Origin: Candidatus Eiseniibacteriota bacterium
GTDB lineage: Bacteria; Eisenbacteria; RBG-16-71-46
DNA length: 64,000 bases
NCBI GenBank assembly: GCA_963717935.1
Contig: CAVQXP010000004.1
Location: 1,248,001-1,312,000 of the forward strand
Reading direction: 5' to 3'
This document shows, piece by piece, positions 1 to 10,073 of this stretch. Position numbers and translations under genes: made by a program. The notes beneath the pieces are model-generated. The model did no database searches, was not told the origin of the DNA, and saw nothing but the letters and a program-made list of their open reading frames with translations. Positions within the stretch are counted from its first letter, which is position 1; every line of letters starts with the position of its first letter.

Positions 1-853
1 CCTGGATGTCACCTACATCGAGCAGGAGGCGCCGCTCGGGCTGGCGCACGCGGTCAAGATCTCCGAGGACTTCATCGGCGGCGAGCCCTTCGTGATGTAC
101 CTGGGCGACAACCTCATCAAGGACGGTGTCACGCCCTTCGTGCGCGAGTTCGAGGCCGAGAAGCCCGATGCGCAGATCCTGCTCGCCCATGTGAAGACCC
201 CGTGGGAGTTCGGCGTGGCCGAGCTGGAGGGCGACCGCGTGGTGCGGCTGGAGGAAAAGCCGGCGCAGCCGCGCTCCGACCTGGCGCTGGTGGGCGTCTA
301 CCTGTTCAGCGCCTGCGTATTCGAGGCGGTGAAGGCCATCCGTCCGAGCCGGCGCGGCGAGCTCGAGATCACCGATGCCATCCAGTACCTCATCGACTCG
401 GGCCGGCGCGTGCGCTCGCACGTCATCAAGGGGTGGTGGAAGGACACCGGCAAGGTCGAGGACATGCTCGAGGGCAACCGGATGATGCTGATCGGTCTCC
501 AGGCCGACATCCGGGGCGAAGTGGACGCGGCGTCCGAGATCGAAGGCGGTGTGGCCATCGGGCCGGGCAGCGTGATCGAGCGCTCGCGCCTGCGCGGGCC
601 GCTGGTGATCGGCGCGGGCGCGCGCATCAGCGATTCCTACGTCGGGCCCTTCACCTCGCTCGCCGACGGCGTGGTGCTGTCGCGTTGCGAGATCGAGCAC
701 TCGATCGTGCTGGAGCGCAGCCGCATCGAAGACATCCCGGGGCGGATCGAGTCGAGCCTGATCGGCAAGGACGTGGTGGTCTGCGGCAAGGAATCGCGCC
801 CGCGCGCGCACCGGCTCATGCTCGGGGACTCCAGCCGGCTGGAGCTCTCGTGA
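1..853 (+). CDS. rmlA: glucose-1-phosphate thymidylyltransferase, long form (5' truncated by window edge)
   Basis: Motifs YLGDN, LEEKP, RGELEITDA, WWKDTG and C-terminal hexapeptide-like repeats; frame open to window start; adjacent to rmlD. Confidence 0.9.
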   Translation, partial: LDVTYIEQEAPLGLAHAVKISEDFIGGEPFVMYLGDNLIKDGVTPFVREFEAEKPDAQILLAHVKTPWEFGVAELEGDRVVRLEEKPAQPRSDLALVGVYLFSACVFEAVKAIRPSRRGELEITDAIQYLIDSGRRVRSHVIKGWWKDTGKVEDMLEGNRMMLIGLQADIRGEVDAASEIEGGVAIGPGSVIERSRLRGPLVIGAGARISDSYVGPFTSLADGVVLSRCEIEHSIVLERSRIEDIPGRIESSLIGKDVVVCGKESRPRAHRLMLGDSSRLELS

Positions 854-1713
854 GGGTGCTGGTCACGGGCGCAGGCGGCATGCTGGGCCAGGCGGTCATG
901 CCGGCGCTGGCGGCGGCCGGCCACACGACGCTGGGTCTGGACCTGCCGGAACTGGACGTGACCCGCCTCGAGTCGCTGCAGTGCGCGGCGCAGGGGTTCC
1001 GCCCCGACTGGGTGTTCCATCTGGCGTCGGTGACGAAGGTGGACGAGTGCGAGACGCGGCGCGAGGAGGCCTTCCGGGTGAACGGCCTGGGCGCGCGCCA
1101 CGCGGCGCTCGCGGCCGTGGGGGTGGGGGCGACGCTGCTCGCCATCTCGACCGACTACGTCTTCGACGGCACCGCCAGGAGCCCCTACCGCGAGTCCGAC
1201 GCCGCGGGCCCGCAGTCGGTCTACGGGGCCTCGAAGTGGGCGGGGGAGCAGGCCGTGCGCGAGGTCGACCCGCGGCACGTCATCGTGCGCACTTCGTGGT
1301 TGTTCGGCCCGGGCGGGAGCAACTTCGTGGACACGATCCTGGCCCGGGCGCGCGCGGGGGAGCGGCTGCGGGTCGTGGACGACCAGCGCGGCTCGCCCAC
1401 CTTCACGCGTGACCTGGCGCAAGGGCTGCTGCGGCTCGTGGCCGCCCGACCGTCCGGGACCTATCATTGCACCAATTCGGGCGACTGCACCTGGTACGAG
1501 CTGGCGGCTCACGCGCTCGCGCTCGCGGGTCTCGACGTGCCGCTCGAGCGCACCGACACGGCATCGTTCCCACGCCCGGCGAAGCGGCCGGCGTACTCGG
1601 TGCTCGGGAACGCGTCCTTCGAACAGGTGACCGGCTGGCGCATGCCGGCGTGGCCGGATGCCGTGAAGCGGCACCTGGCGGCCGCGGCCGGCGGAACCGG
1701 GAGGAACCCGTGA
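850..1713 (+). CDS. rfbD: dTDP-4-dehydrorhamnose reductase
   Basis: GTG overlaps the rmlA stop; VLVTGAGGMLG, ISTDYVFDG, YGASK, DQRGSPT, RPAYSVL. Confidence 0.95.
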   Translation: MRVLVTGAGGMLGQAVMPALAAAGHTTLGLDLPELDVTRLESLQCAAQGFRPDWVFHLASVTKVDECETRREEAFRVNGLGARHAALAAVGVGATLLAISTDYVFDGTARSPYRESDAAGPQSVYGASKWAGEQAVREVDPRHVIVRTSWLFGPGGSNFVDTILARARAGERLRVVDDQRGSPTFTRDLAQGLLRLVAARPSGTYHCTNSGDCTWYELAAHALALAGLDVPLERTDTASFPRPAKRPAYSVLGNASFEQVTGWRMPAWPDAVKRHLAAAAGGTGRNP

Positions 1714-2357
1714 AGAAGAAGGTGGCGGCGAAACACAGGAAGCGCACACCTCGGACCGGCTGGCTGGAGCGCGACGCGCGCGCCGGGCTGCGCGCGGCGG
1801 GCCGCTCGCTCGTACGGCTGGAGCGCCACGCCACCCGCGCGGTGGCCGGGGCGGCCGAAGCGGTCGTGGCCGCGCTGGAGTCCGGTGGCACGGTCTATTT
1901 CTGCGGCAACGGCGGCAGCGCGGCGGACGCCCAGCACCTGGCAGCCGAGCTGTCGGGCCGCTACCTGGCCGAGCGGCCGGCGCTCGCGTCGGTATCGCTC
2001 ACGACGAACAACTCGGCGCTCACCGCCATCGCCAACGACTACGGCTTCGAGCGCGTGTTCGCGCGCCAGCTCGAGGGCCTGGGGGTCGCGGGGGACGTGC
2101 TGGTCGCCATCAGCACGAGCGGCAGGTCGCCGAACGTGGTGGCCGCGATCGAGGTGGCACACCAGCAGGGCATGACGGTCATCGGGATGACGGGGCTCAA
2201 GGGCCGGGACTTCGCCGCCCTGTGCGACCTCGCGCTGGTCACGCCGAGCGACTCGACCCCGCGCGTGCAGGAGGGACACATCGCCATGGGCCACGTGCTG
2301 TGCGAGTTGGTCGAGCGCGCGCTGTTCCCGGCACGAAGGAAGGCGGTCCGCCGGTGA
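1710..2357 (+). CDS. gmhA: D-sedoheptulose-7-phosphate isomerase
   Basis: CGNGGSAADAQHLAAEL, ISTSGRS, RVQEGH; GTGA overlap with rfbD. Confidence 0.95.
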   Translation: MKKKVAAKHRKRTPRTGWLERDARAGLRAAGRSLVRLERHATRAVAGAAEAVVAALESGGTVYFCGNGGSAADAQHLAAELSGRYLAERPALASVSLTTNNSALTAIANDYGFERVFARQLEGLGVAGDVLVAISTSGRSPNVVAAIEVAHQQGMTVIGMTGLKGRDFAALCDLALVTPSDSTPRVQEGHIAMGHVLCELVERALFPARRKAVRR

Positions 2358-3244
2358 TCAGGGCCCTCGTCAGTGAACTGCGGCCGCGGCAGTGGACCAA
2401 GAACCTGCTGCTGTTCGCCGGCGTGCTCTTCTCGCAGCAGGCCGGCCACCCCGAGTTGCTGCTGCGGGCCGCCGCGGGATTCGTCGCCTTCTCGCTGCTC
2501 GCAGGCTCGGTCTACCTGCTCAACGACCTGCGCGACGTCCAGCAGGACCGGCTGCACCCGAAGAAGCGCGAGCGCCCGATCGCTTCGGGCCGCCTGCCGG
2601 TCCCGGTGGCGTGGATGGCGGTGGCGGTTCTGCTGCTCACCGTCGGGGTGATCTCGGCCTGGCTCGGCCCCCTGTTCTCGATGGTGGCAGCGGCCTACCT
2701 GGTCATGAACCTCGCCTACAGCTACGGCCTGCGGGACCAGGTCCTGCTCGACGTGTTCTTCATCGCCCTGGGTTTCGTGCTGCGGGCCATCGCCGGCGTC
2801 GAGTTGCTGCGCCCGCTCGCGCCCGGGACCGCGTTGTCGCCCTGGTTGCTGGTGTGCACCTTCTTCGGGGCGCTGTTCCTGGCGCTGGCCAAGCGCCGCC
2901 GCGAGCTGACGAACTCGGGCGAGGACATCGGCCGGCGCCGGCCGGTGCTCGCGCACTACACGCCCGCGCTGCTCGACGGGCTGCTGGTGGTCTCGGCTGC
3001 CTCCAGCATCATGGGCTACGCGCTCTACACCATCTGGCCCGCCACGGTGGCCAAGTTCGGCACCGAGGCCCTGCTCTACACCGTGCCGTTCGTGACCTAC
3101 GGCATCTTCCGCTACCTGTACCTGGTGCGGGCCTCCGAGACCAGCGAGGATCCCTCGCAGGTGTTGCTCACCGACCGGCCGCTCATCGCCTGCGTGATCC
3201 TCTACCTGCTCACCGTGATCCTCGTCCTCTACACCCGGGGATGA
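2354..3244 (+). CDS. UbiA-family prenyltransferase (decaprenyl-phosphate phosphoribosyltransferase-like)
   Basis: RPRQWTKN, YLLNDLRD..DRLHPKKRERPIASG, multiple TM segments. Confidence 0.9.
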   Translation: MIRALVSELRPRQWTKNLLLFAGVLFSQQAGHPELLLRAAAGFVAFSLLAGSVYLLNDLRDVQQDRLHPKKRERPIASGRLPVPVAWMAVAVLLLTVGVISAWLGPLFSMVAAAYLVMNLAYSYGLRDQVLLDVFFIALGFVLRAIAGVELLRPLAPGTALSPWLLVCTFFGALFLALAKRRRELTNSGEDIGRRRPVLAHYTPALLDGLLVVSAASSIMGYALYTIWPATVAKFGTEALLYTVPFVTYGIFRYLYLVRASETSEDPSQVLLTDRPLIACVILYLLTVILVLYTRG

Positions 3245-4179
3245 GCCTGCCGCGCCGGGTCCGGGTCGAGGCGCGCGCCAAGCTCAACCTCGGGCTGGCG
3301 GTCGGGCCCCGGCGTCCGGACGGCTTCCACGAGCTGGCCACCATCTTCCAGTCGGTGACCCTGGCGGACACGCTCGTGGCCGAGCGGCGCACGCGCGGCT
3401 TCAGTCTCGAGGTGCGCCACGAAGAGGTGGCCGCCCGCGGCACGCTCTCGGCTCGCACGCGGGGGGCGGTGCCGGCGGGTCCCGGCAACCTCGCTCTGCG
3501 GGGCGCGCGCCTGGCCGCCCGCTACGCCGGGATCGAGGGTGGTGTTCATCTCCACTTAACCAAACGGATCCCCGCGCAAGCAGGCCTCGGTGGCGGCAGC
3601 GCCGACGCGGCTGCTGCGCTGGTCGCGGTCCTCGCGCTCTACGGGATGCGCGTCCCGCCGGCCGACCGATTGGCCCTGGGGGCGGAGCTGGGTTCGGACG
3701 TCCCTTTCGCGCTCCTCGGAGGGACGGCCCTGGGGTTGGGCCGGGGCGAGCGGCTCACCCGCCTGAGGCCGGGCCCGTCGTTCCGGGCGGTCATCGCCGT
3801 GCCGCGCTGGCGAGTGCCGACCGCGGGGGCCTTCCGGCGGATCGACAGGTTGAGATATGGCTTGACACGGTGGAATGGCAAACTAAGATTCGCCAAAGCC
3901 GTAGAGAGCATCGGGCTGTGGCCGCACCGGGCTCTGCGTCTGGGCAACTCGTTCGAGGAGGTGCTCGGGACGAGGATGCCGGATTTCGTCGACCTTTGCG
4001 CAAGGTTGCGCGAGGCGGGTGTTCGGGAGCCTCGCATGACCGGCAGCGGGTCGGCCGTGTTCGGCCTGTTCGGGCCTCGTGCTCTTGCACGATGTTTCTT
4101 GGGTCGCTTCACGGGGAGCGAGACGCTGTACGTCGTTCGCTCCGCCAGAAGTGGACTCGGGGTCAGGAGGCTGTCGTAG
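3241..4179 (+). CDS. ispE: 4-diphosphocytidyl-2-C-methyl-D-erythritol kinase
   Basis: AKLNLGL, KRIPAQAGLGGGSADAAA, LGSDVPF, MTGSGSAVF. Confidence 0.95.
   Translation: MSLPRRVRVEARAKLNLGLAVGPRRPDGFHELATIFQSVTLADTLVAERRTRGFSLEVRHEEVAARGTLSARTRGAVPAGPGNLALRGARLAARYAGIEGGVHLHLTKRIPAQAGLGGGSADAAAALVAVLALYGMRVPPADRLALGAELGSDVPFALLGGTALGLGRGERLTRLRPGPSFRAVIAVPRWRVPTAGAFRRIDRLRYGLTRWNGKLRFAKAVESIGLWPHRALRLGNSFEEVLGTRMPDFVDLCARLREAGVREPRMTGSGSAVFGLFGPRALARCFLGRFTGSETLYVVRSARSGLGVRRLS
3862..3889 (+). promoter_or_regulatory. sigma70-type promoter embedded in ispE
   Basis: TTGACA-N16-TAAGAT in an AT-rich patch of a very GC-rich gene, upstream of spoVG/tRNA/prs. Confidence 0.55.
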
Positions 4180-4296
4180 CCTGCCGCGAGGCAGGGGTGT
4201 TGCGTGGGGCTCGACAGGAGTCGAGTTCTCTAGCGGTCGGACGGTGGCACGCAGGCAGTCGGCGCTCCCCCTCAGGGAAGGGTCCGAGGCGACACG

Positions 4297-4605
4297 ATGA
4301 TCGAGATCACCGAGGTACGGGTTTCGCTGCGAGACGACGACAAGCTGAAGGCCTTCATCAGCATCACCCTGAACGATTCGTTCGTCATCCGGGGCCTGAA
4401 GGTCATCAAGGGCAACAGTGGCGTGTTCGTGGCCATGCCGAGCCGCAAGCGGCCCGATGGCCAGCACCAGGATCTGGCCCACCCGATCAATGACGTGACC
4501 CGCAAGTACCTGACCGAACGGGTGATAGCGGAGTACGAGAGCGAGTTGAAGCACCCCTCGCCGGTCCGCAAGGCCCCGATCGAGTCCGAGCCGCAGCTCT
4601 ACTGA
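4297..4605 (+). CDS. spoVG: SpoVG family nucleic-acid-binding protein
   Basis: EITEVRV, LKAFISITLNDSFVIRGLKVI, FVAMPSRK, DLAHPI. Confidence 0.95.
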   Translation: MIEITEVRVSLRDDDKLKAFISITLNDSFVIRGLKVIKGNSGVFVAMPSRKRPDGQHQDLAHPINDVTRKYLTERVIAEYESELKHPSPVRKAPIESEPQLY

Positions 4606-4673
4606 TCCCTCGAGCGGGCGCCCTCGACGCCCGCATCTCCCTCGGGGCCGCCATCCTGGCGGCCCGCTGCCGT

Positions 4674-4702
4674 TTGACTCGAGTCGCCCCCCCCGCTAGT
4701 CT
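4674..4702 (+). promoter_or_regulatory. sigma70-type promoter for tRNA-Gln/prs
   Basis: TTGACT-N17-TAGTCT about 100 bp upstream of the tRNA. Confidence 0.5.
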
Positions 4703-4804
4703 TCCTGCGCTTCTCCTCTAGCAGTGACTCTCTGGGCCAGTAGCCATCCACCCCGACTTCGCGACTGCGAGGGACGGACCGCGACGGAAATCCCGTTCTG
4801 TTGG

Positions 4805-4879
4805 TGGGGCGTGGCCAAGCGGTAAGGCACGAGACTTTGGATCTCGCATACGGAGGTTCGAATCCTCCCGCCCCAGCCA
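4805..4879 (+). tRNA. tRNA-Gln(UUG)
   Basis: TGGGGCG...CGCCCCA acceptor stem, anticodon arm CGAGA-CTTTGGA-TCTCG, GGTTCGAATCC T-arm, encoded CCA; 75 nt. Confidence 0.97.
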
Positions 4880-5139
4880 GCCGATGGCAGGGCATCTGCT
4901 GCGTTGTCTCGGCCGCCGCGTGCTCGACGTATCTTCCGACACGTCTGCGCGCGCGGCTCGGTCGGCGCCCTGCAACTGCCCCGCGCTCGGCTGGCCGTCC
5001 GGGTCGGTGCCGTGCGGCTGCCCCTGCTTCGGTCGACTTCGTGCTCCGCTCGGTTCGTTCACGTCCTGATTCCACCTGTTCTCTCCGCGGTCCGGTGAGG
5101 CCGCGGGCGCTTCGATCTCTTAGCCGGGAGTAGAGCGAC

Positions 5140-6072
5140 TTGGATCCCTGCCGGATCTTTTCGGGGAATGCCAGCCACGAACTGGCGCAGGCCATCTGCG
5201 AGAAGCTGAACGTTCCGCTCGGGGACGCGACGGTGTCGCGCTTCGAGGACGGAGAGGTGTCGGTCAAGTTCAACGAGAACATCCGTGGCGGCGACGTCTT
5301 CATCATCCAGGCCACGGCGCCGCCTGCGGACAACCTGATGGAACTGCTGGTCATGCTGGACGCGGCCAAGCGCGCCTCGGCGCGCCGGGTGACGGCGGTG
5401 CTCCCGTACTTCGGCTACGCCCGGCAGGACCGCAAGGACCAGCCCCGCGCGCCGATCTCGGCCAAGCTGGTGGCCAACCTCATCACGGTGGCCGGGGCCG
5501 ACCGGGCGCTGACCATGGATCTGCACAGCTCGCAGATCCAGGGCTTCTTCGACATCCCGTTCGACCACCTGTACGCGGCGCCGGTGCTCATCGACTACTT
5601 CCTCCAGAAGAAGATCCCGAACCCCATGGTGGTGGCGCCGGACATCGGCAGCGTGAAGATGGCGCGCGCCTACGCCAAGCGCCTCGGGGCCGAGTTGGGC
5701 CTGGTGGACAAACGCCGCCCGAAGCCGGACGCGGTCGAGGTCATGAACATCATCGGTGAGGTCGAGGGGCACAACGTGGTGCTCTTCGACGACGTGGTGA
5801 CCACCGCGCGCACGCTGTGCCAGGCGGCCGAGGCCGTCCGCCGCCACGGCGCGAAGGACGTCTACGCGGGCGTGACCCACGGCATCTTCGCTCCGGGAGC
5901 GATCGAGCGCATCGAGAAGTCACCCATCCGGGAGCTGGTCGTCACCGATACCATCTGCCATCCCCCGGACTCGGTCGGCGCCAATGTGCGCGAGCTCTCG
6001 GTGGCCGGACTGCTGGGGGAGGCGGTGGAGCGCATCCACGAGGAGCGCTCGCTCAGTTCGCTGTTCGTCTGA
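5140..6072 (+). CDS. prs: ribose-phosphate pyrophosphokinase
   Basis: PYFGYARQDRK, DLHSSQIQGFF, VAPDIG, DDVVTT. Confidence 0.97.
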   Translation: MDPCRIFSGNASHELAQAICEKLNVPLGDATVSRFEDGEVSVKFNENIRGGDVFIIQATAPPADNLMELLVMLDAAKRASARRVTAVLPYFGYARQDRKDQPRAPISAKLVANLITVAGADRALTMDLHSSQIQGFFDIPFDHLYAAPVLIDYFLQKKIPNPMVVAPDIGSVKMARAYAKRLGAELGLVDKRRPKPDAVEVMNIIGEVEGHNVVLFDDVVTTARTLCQAAEAVRRHGAKDVYAGVTHGIFAPGAIERIEKSPIRELVVTDTICHPPDSVGANVRELSVAGLLGEAVERIHEERSLSSLFV

Positions 6073-6164
6073 ACGCGCGCCCGGCTGCTGGGCGCCCGCT
6101 GCGGCGGGCCCAGGGTCGAGGCGCGATGGACGCGGGGCTCGCCCCGCTTGAAGGAGGAATCTGA

Positions 6165-6923
6165 ATGCCCGTCATCCCACTGACCGGCACGCGCCGGGAC
6201 GACATCGGCAAGGGCGGCGCCCGCAAGGCGCGGGCGGCCGGCCTGATCCCGGGCGTGCTCTACGGACACGGCGAAGAGCCGATCGCTCTGAGCGTGTCTG
6301 CGCGCGAGTTCGAGCTGGCGGTCCGCAAGCAGGGCGGCAACCCCATCATGGGTCTGGGGCTGGACGGAGGCGAGCACACCGCCCTCATCCGCGCCGTGCA
6401 GTACGACCCGATCTCCCACGAGATCATTCACCTCGACTTCCTGCGCATCTCGCTCACCGAGACGATCGAGGTCGAGGTGGCCATCCGCCTGGTCGGCACG
6501 CCGTTGGGCGTGAAGGACGGTGGCGGCATCCTCGAGCCCATCCTGCGCGAACTGAAGGTCCGCTGTCTGCCGACGGCGATCCCGCCGTTCGTGGAGGTGG
6601 ACGTCGCGGCGCTCAATATCGGCGATTCGGTGCACGTGAGCGCCATCTCGGCGGCCGGGGTGACCATCGTCACGGACGCGGACGTCACGGTGGCGACGGT
6701 GGTGCCCCCGACGGTGCAGGTCGAGGAGAAGCCGGCCGAGGAGGCGGTGGCAGCCGCGGCGGCTGCGGCAGGCGCCACGCCGGACGAGCCCGAGGTCATC
6801 GCCAAGGGCAAGAAGGAAGAGGACGAGGCCGAAGAGGGCAAGGAAGGCAAGGGCGGCAAGGAAGGCAAGGGCAGCAAGGAAGCCAAGGGTGGCAAGGAAG
6901 GCAAGGGCGGCAAGGAGAAATAG
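6165..6923 (+). CDS. rplY: 50S ribosomal protein L25/Ctc
   Basis: GKGGARKARAAGLIPGVLYG, HLDF, GVKDGGG; AAGGAGG RBS; located between prs and pth. Confidence 0.95.
   Translation: MPVIPLTGTRRDDIGKGGARKARAAGLIPGVLYGHGEEPIALSVSAREFELAVRKQGGNPIMGLGLDGGEHTALIRAVQYDPISHEIIHLDFLRISLTETIEVEVAIRLVGTPLGVKDGGGILEPILRELKVRCLPTAIPPFVEVDVAALNIGDSVHVSAISAAGVTIVTDADVTVATVVPPTVQVEEKPAEEAVAAAAAAAGATPDEPEVIAKGKKEEDEAEEGKEGKGGKEGKGSKEAKGGKEGKGGKEK
6837..6917 (+). repeat. 18-bp tandem repeat (about 4.5 copies, GGCAAGGAAGGCAAGGGC) encoding a GKEGKG tail of L25
   Basis: Repeat units read directly at 6837, 6855, 6873, 6891 and (partial) 6909. Confidence 0.9.
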
Positions 6924-6929
6924 CGGCCC

Positions 6930-7514
6930 GTGGCGCTGGTGCTCGGTCTCGGCAATCCGGGTCCGCGCTATGCGCGCACTCGGCACAACGTGGGGTGGCT
7001 CGTGCTGGAGCGGTTGGTCGGGCGCTGGGGCGCCACGCCGGCCGGGGAGCACGACACCTGGCGGGCCTGGCGCACCGAGCGGGCGGGCGGGGTCGTGGAC
7101 CTGCTCAAGCCGCTCACGTACATGAATGCGAGCGGCGCGGCCCTCGAGGCGTGGCGGGAGCGTCACGCGCTCGACCTGGCCGGGATGCTGGTCGTGGTGG
7201 ATGACGTCTACCTGCCGGTCGGCAGGCTGCGGCTGCGGGCCTCGGGCTCCAGCGGCGGACACCGCGGGCTCGAGTCGCTCGAGCGGGTCGTGGGGCCGGG
7301 TTTCGCACGGCTGCGCATCGGCGTGGGCGCCGCGGAGGACCCGGCCGGGCTGCGGGAGCACGTGCTGGACGAGTTCGACGTGGAGGAGGAGACCGTGGTG
7401 GACGAAGCGCTCGAACGCGCAGCGGACGCCGTGGAATGCTGGGTGGCCGAGGGCTCGCTCGCGGCCATGAACCGCTTCAATCGCAAGATACGCAGGGAGG
7501 AACCCGAGTCGTGA
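6930..7514 (+). CDS. pth: peptidyl-tRNA hydrolase
   Basis: GLGNPG..YARTRHNVG, KPLTYMNASG, SGGHRGL, RLRIGVG. Confidence 0.97.
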   Translation: MALVLGLGNPGPRYARTRHNVGWLVLERLVGRWGATPAGEHDTWRAWRTERAGGVVDLLKPLTYMNASGAALEAWRERHALDLAGMLVVVDDVYLPVGRLRLRASGSSGGHRGLESLERVVGPGFARLRIGVGAAEDPAGLREHVLDEFDVEEETVVDEALERAADAVECWVAEGSLAAMNRFNRKIRREEPES

Positions 7515-7867
7515 CCAAATACGAAACGACCTTCATCCTCGAGCCGGGGCTCGACGAGAACCGGGTGAACGAGGAGATCGAGCGCGTGTCGCAATGGATC
7601 CGGGACCTGGGCGGTGAGGTGCTGGAAGTCCAGCGCTGGGGCAAGCGCCGGCTGGCCTACGAGATCAACAAGAAGCGCGACGGCATCTACACGCTGATCC
7701 TCCACCAGAGCCCGGGTTCGGTGATCAAGGAGGTCGAGCGGCGCATGGGCCTCAACGAGTCGTACATGCGTGTGCTCTCGGTGCTCCACGTTCCGCCGGA
7801 GCCGGCGCGGGTACAGGTCGAGGGCGAAGCGGTGGCGGCGGCCGGCGCGGACGATCGGGACGACTAG
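7511..7867 (+). CDS. rpsF: 30S ribosomal protein S6
   Basis: KYETTFIL, WGKRRLAYEINK. Confidence 0.97.
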   Translation: MTKYETTFILEPGLDENRVNEEIERVSQWIRDLGGEVLEVQRWGKRRLAYEINKKRDGIYTLILHQSPGSVIKEVERRMGLNESYMRVLSVLHVPPEPARVQVEGEAVAAAGADDRDD

Positions 7868-7931
7868 AGCGGTGCCAGGCGAAGCGTCGGTGACGCCGGG
7901 CCTGGCGGGAGCCCCCGCGGAGGGAGGCAGC

Positions 7932-8348
7932 ATGGCCGGACTCAGACTCCCCGAGCTCAACCGGGTCATCCTGGGCGGTCGCCTGACGCGCGATCCCGAG
8001 GTCCGCTACGCGGGCGACGGGACGCCGATCACCAGCCTCGCGCTGGCGTTCCATCGCGGGTTCAAGGGACGCGACGGGCAGCAGTTGGTGGAGACGGGTT
8101 ACGTGATCGTGCGCACCTATCAGCGGCTCGCCGAGGTGTGCGGGCAGCGCCTGAAGCAGGGCAGCCCGGTGCTGGTCGAGGGTCGGCTGCAGATGCGTGA
8201 GTGGAAGGACGGGCAGGGGAGCCGCCAGACGCGGCTCGAGATCCGCGCCGAGAACGTGCATTTCATGGAGCAGGCCCCGAACGCAGCAGAGCAGCCGGGG
8301 CCGGGAGTCCCGCAACGGACCGATGAGGGCGGCAGGGCGCCGTCCTGA
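7932..8348 (+). CDS. ssb: single-stranded DNA-binding protein (no acidic C-terminal tip)
   Basis: LNRVILGGRLTRDPEVRY, GSPVLVEGRL; lies between rpsF and rpsR. Confidence 0.9.
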   Translation: MAGLRLPELNRVILGGRLTRDPEVRYAGDGTPITSLALAFHRGFKGRDGQQLVETGYVIVRTYQRLAEVCGQRLKQGSPVLVEGRLQMREWKDGQGSRQTRLEIRAENVHFMEQAPNAAEQPGPGVPQRTDEGGRAPS

Positions 8349-8372
8349 TCGACGGAGGCAAGAGAGCGACAC

Positions 8373-8615
8373 ATGGCCAAGGAACGCGAAGGCAAGAGCG
8401 TCAAGAAGAAGTACTGCAAGCTGTGCCTCGAGAAAGTGGGCATGATCGACTACAAGGACGAGAAGCGGATCGGCCGGTTCGTCACGGACCGGGGCAAGAT
8501 CGTGCCGCGACGCGTCTCGGGCGCGTGCGCCCGTCACCAGAAGCAGCTCACGATCGCGATCAAGCGGGCGCGGGTGCTGGCGCTGCTGCCGTTCACCAGT
8601 GACTTCTATCGCTGA
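8373..8615 (+). CDS. rpsR: 30S ribosomal protein S18
   Basis: [28 protein letters not shown]. Confidence 0.97.
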   Translation: MAKEREGKSVKKKYCKLCLEKVGMIDYKDEKRIGRFVTDRGKIVPRRVSGACARHQKQLTIAIKRARVLALLPFTSDFYR

Positions 8616-9630
8616 GCCGCGCCGCGAGGCAGGACCGGAGTTCCCCTCCGGTGGAGTCGCCGACAGGCGCCCGACGTGGGTGCGTGCGGTCCTGCTCGTG
8701 GCGGTCCTCGGGGCGCTGGCGCTCCAGAGCCCGGCCCCCTGGTCCTGGCTGTGGTTGGCCGTGCCCGCCGCCGTCGCGGTCGCGCTGCTCGTGTCCTGGC
8801 GCTTCGGCGTCGTGGCCGTGGGGGCAGTGGCGTTGTCTGCCGTGGCGGTCACCGTGCTGGGTTCGGCGCGGGGACTCTGGGTCTGGTGGATCCCGGCGGC
8901 GGCTCTGGCAGGGGCGTGGATGGGACTGCGCGAGGAGGGCTCCGGCCCGAGCGCCGGACAGCGCGCCTGGATGCTGGCGCCGACGCTGGCGCTGGCCGCG
9001 CTGCTGCCGTGGCTCGCTCACTACCACGAACTGGTCGCGGCGGTCGAGCGCGAGTTGATCGCGGGCGACACGCAGCTGCTCGAGCTGTTGCGGCAGCTGG
9101 GTACGGGCGGCGACCGGCTGGGGGCGATGGAGAAGACCGTGACCGAGAATGCGGCGCTGCGCCGCGCCGCGCTGCCGCTGGTCATCCCGACGGTGCTCTT
9201 CCTGTGGGTCGGCCTGCTGGTCACGGCGGGCCGCGCGCTGGCGGCACGCACGGCCCACGCGCTGCGCTGGCCGCGGTTGTCACGCGCGAGCCTGCGCGAC
9301 TGGCGCCTGCCGGACGCCGCGCTGTGGGTCTTCCTGGCCGGGCTCGCCCTGCTCGTGGCTCCCTGGCCGGCCTGGGCGCCCACCGGCTGGACGCTGCTGC
9401 TCAACGCGGGGTTCGGGTATTGTACGCAGGGGGTGGCGGTCGCGCAGTCGTACTTCCTGGCACGGGGTGTCCCGCCTCCCGTCATCATCATGACCATGTT
9501 GTTCTTCTTTATGATCGCCATGCCGATGTTCGTCCTCTCCACGGCGGCGCTGGGGCTCAGCGACGTCTGGCTGGACTATCGCCGGCTCGAGCCCGTCCCG
9601 GACGGGGATCCGAACGAGGGAGATCGCTGA
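8599..9630 (+). CDS. DUF2232/YybS-like membrane protein
   Basis: Polytopic; ends [12 protein letters not shown]; typical position between rpsR and rplI. Confidence 0.8.
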   Translation: MTSIAEPRREAGPEFPSGGVADRRPTWVRAVLLVAVLGALALQSPAPWSWLWLAVPAAVAVALLVSWRFGVVAVGAVALSAVAVTVLGSARGLWVWWIPAAALAGAWMGLREEGSGPSAGQRAWMLAPTLALAALLPWLAHYHELVAAVERELIAGDTQLLELLRQLGTGGDRLGAMEKTVTENAALRRAALPLVIPTVLFLWVGLLVTAGRALAARTAHALRWPRLSRASLRDWRLPDAALWVFLAGLALLVAPWPAWAPTGWTLLLNAGFGYCTQGVAVAQSYFLARGVPPPVIIMTMLFFFMIAMPMFVLSTAALGLSDVWLDYRRLEPVPDGDPNEGDR

Positions 9631-10073
9631 TGGATGTCATCCTGCTCGAAGACCTGAAGGGCGTGGGCGCGAAGGGCGCCCTGATCCACGTGAAGTCCGG
9701 CTACGCCCGCAACTACCTGCTGCCCCAGAAACTCGCCATCCCCGCCGGCGACAAGGCGGCCAACGTCTACCGGGAGCTCGAGCGCCAGAAGCAGTTCAAG
9801 GAGGACAAGCTGGTCGCACAGGCGCGGCAGCAGGCCTCGCGGCTCGAGGGCGTCGAGGTCAACATCCCCACGCAGGCCAACGAGGAGGACACGCTCTTCG
9901 GCTCGGTGACCAACGCCGATGTGGCCGAAGCGCTCGCCCGGGCGGGGCACGAAGTGGACAAGCACCAGATCGAGATCGCCGATCACATCAAGCAACTCGG
10001 CCGCTACGACGTGCCGGTTCGGTTCTTCGGCGGCGTGAGCGCGACCGTGAAGGTCTGGGTGGTGCGAGCATGA
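9630..10073 (+). CDS. rplI: 50S ribosomal protein L9
   Basis: [27 protein letters not shown]. Confidence 0.97.
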   Translation: MDVILLEDLKGVGAKGALIHVKSGYARNYLLPQKLAIPAGDKAANVYRELERQKQFKEDKLVAQARQQASRLEGVEVNIPTQANEEDTLFGSVTNADVAEALARAGHEVDKHQIEIADHIKQLGRYDVPVRFFGGVSATVKVWVVRA

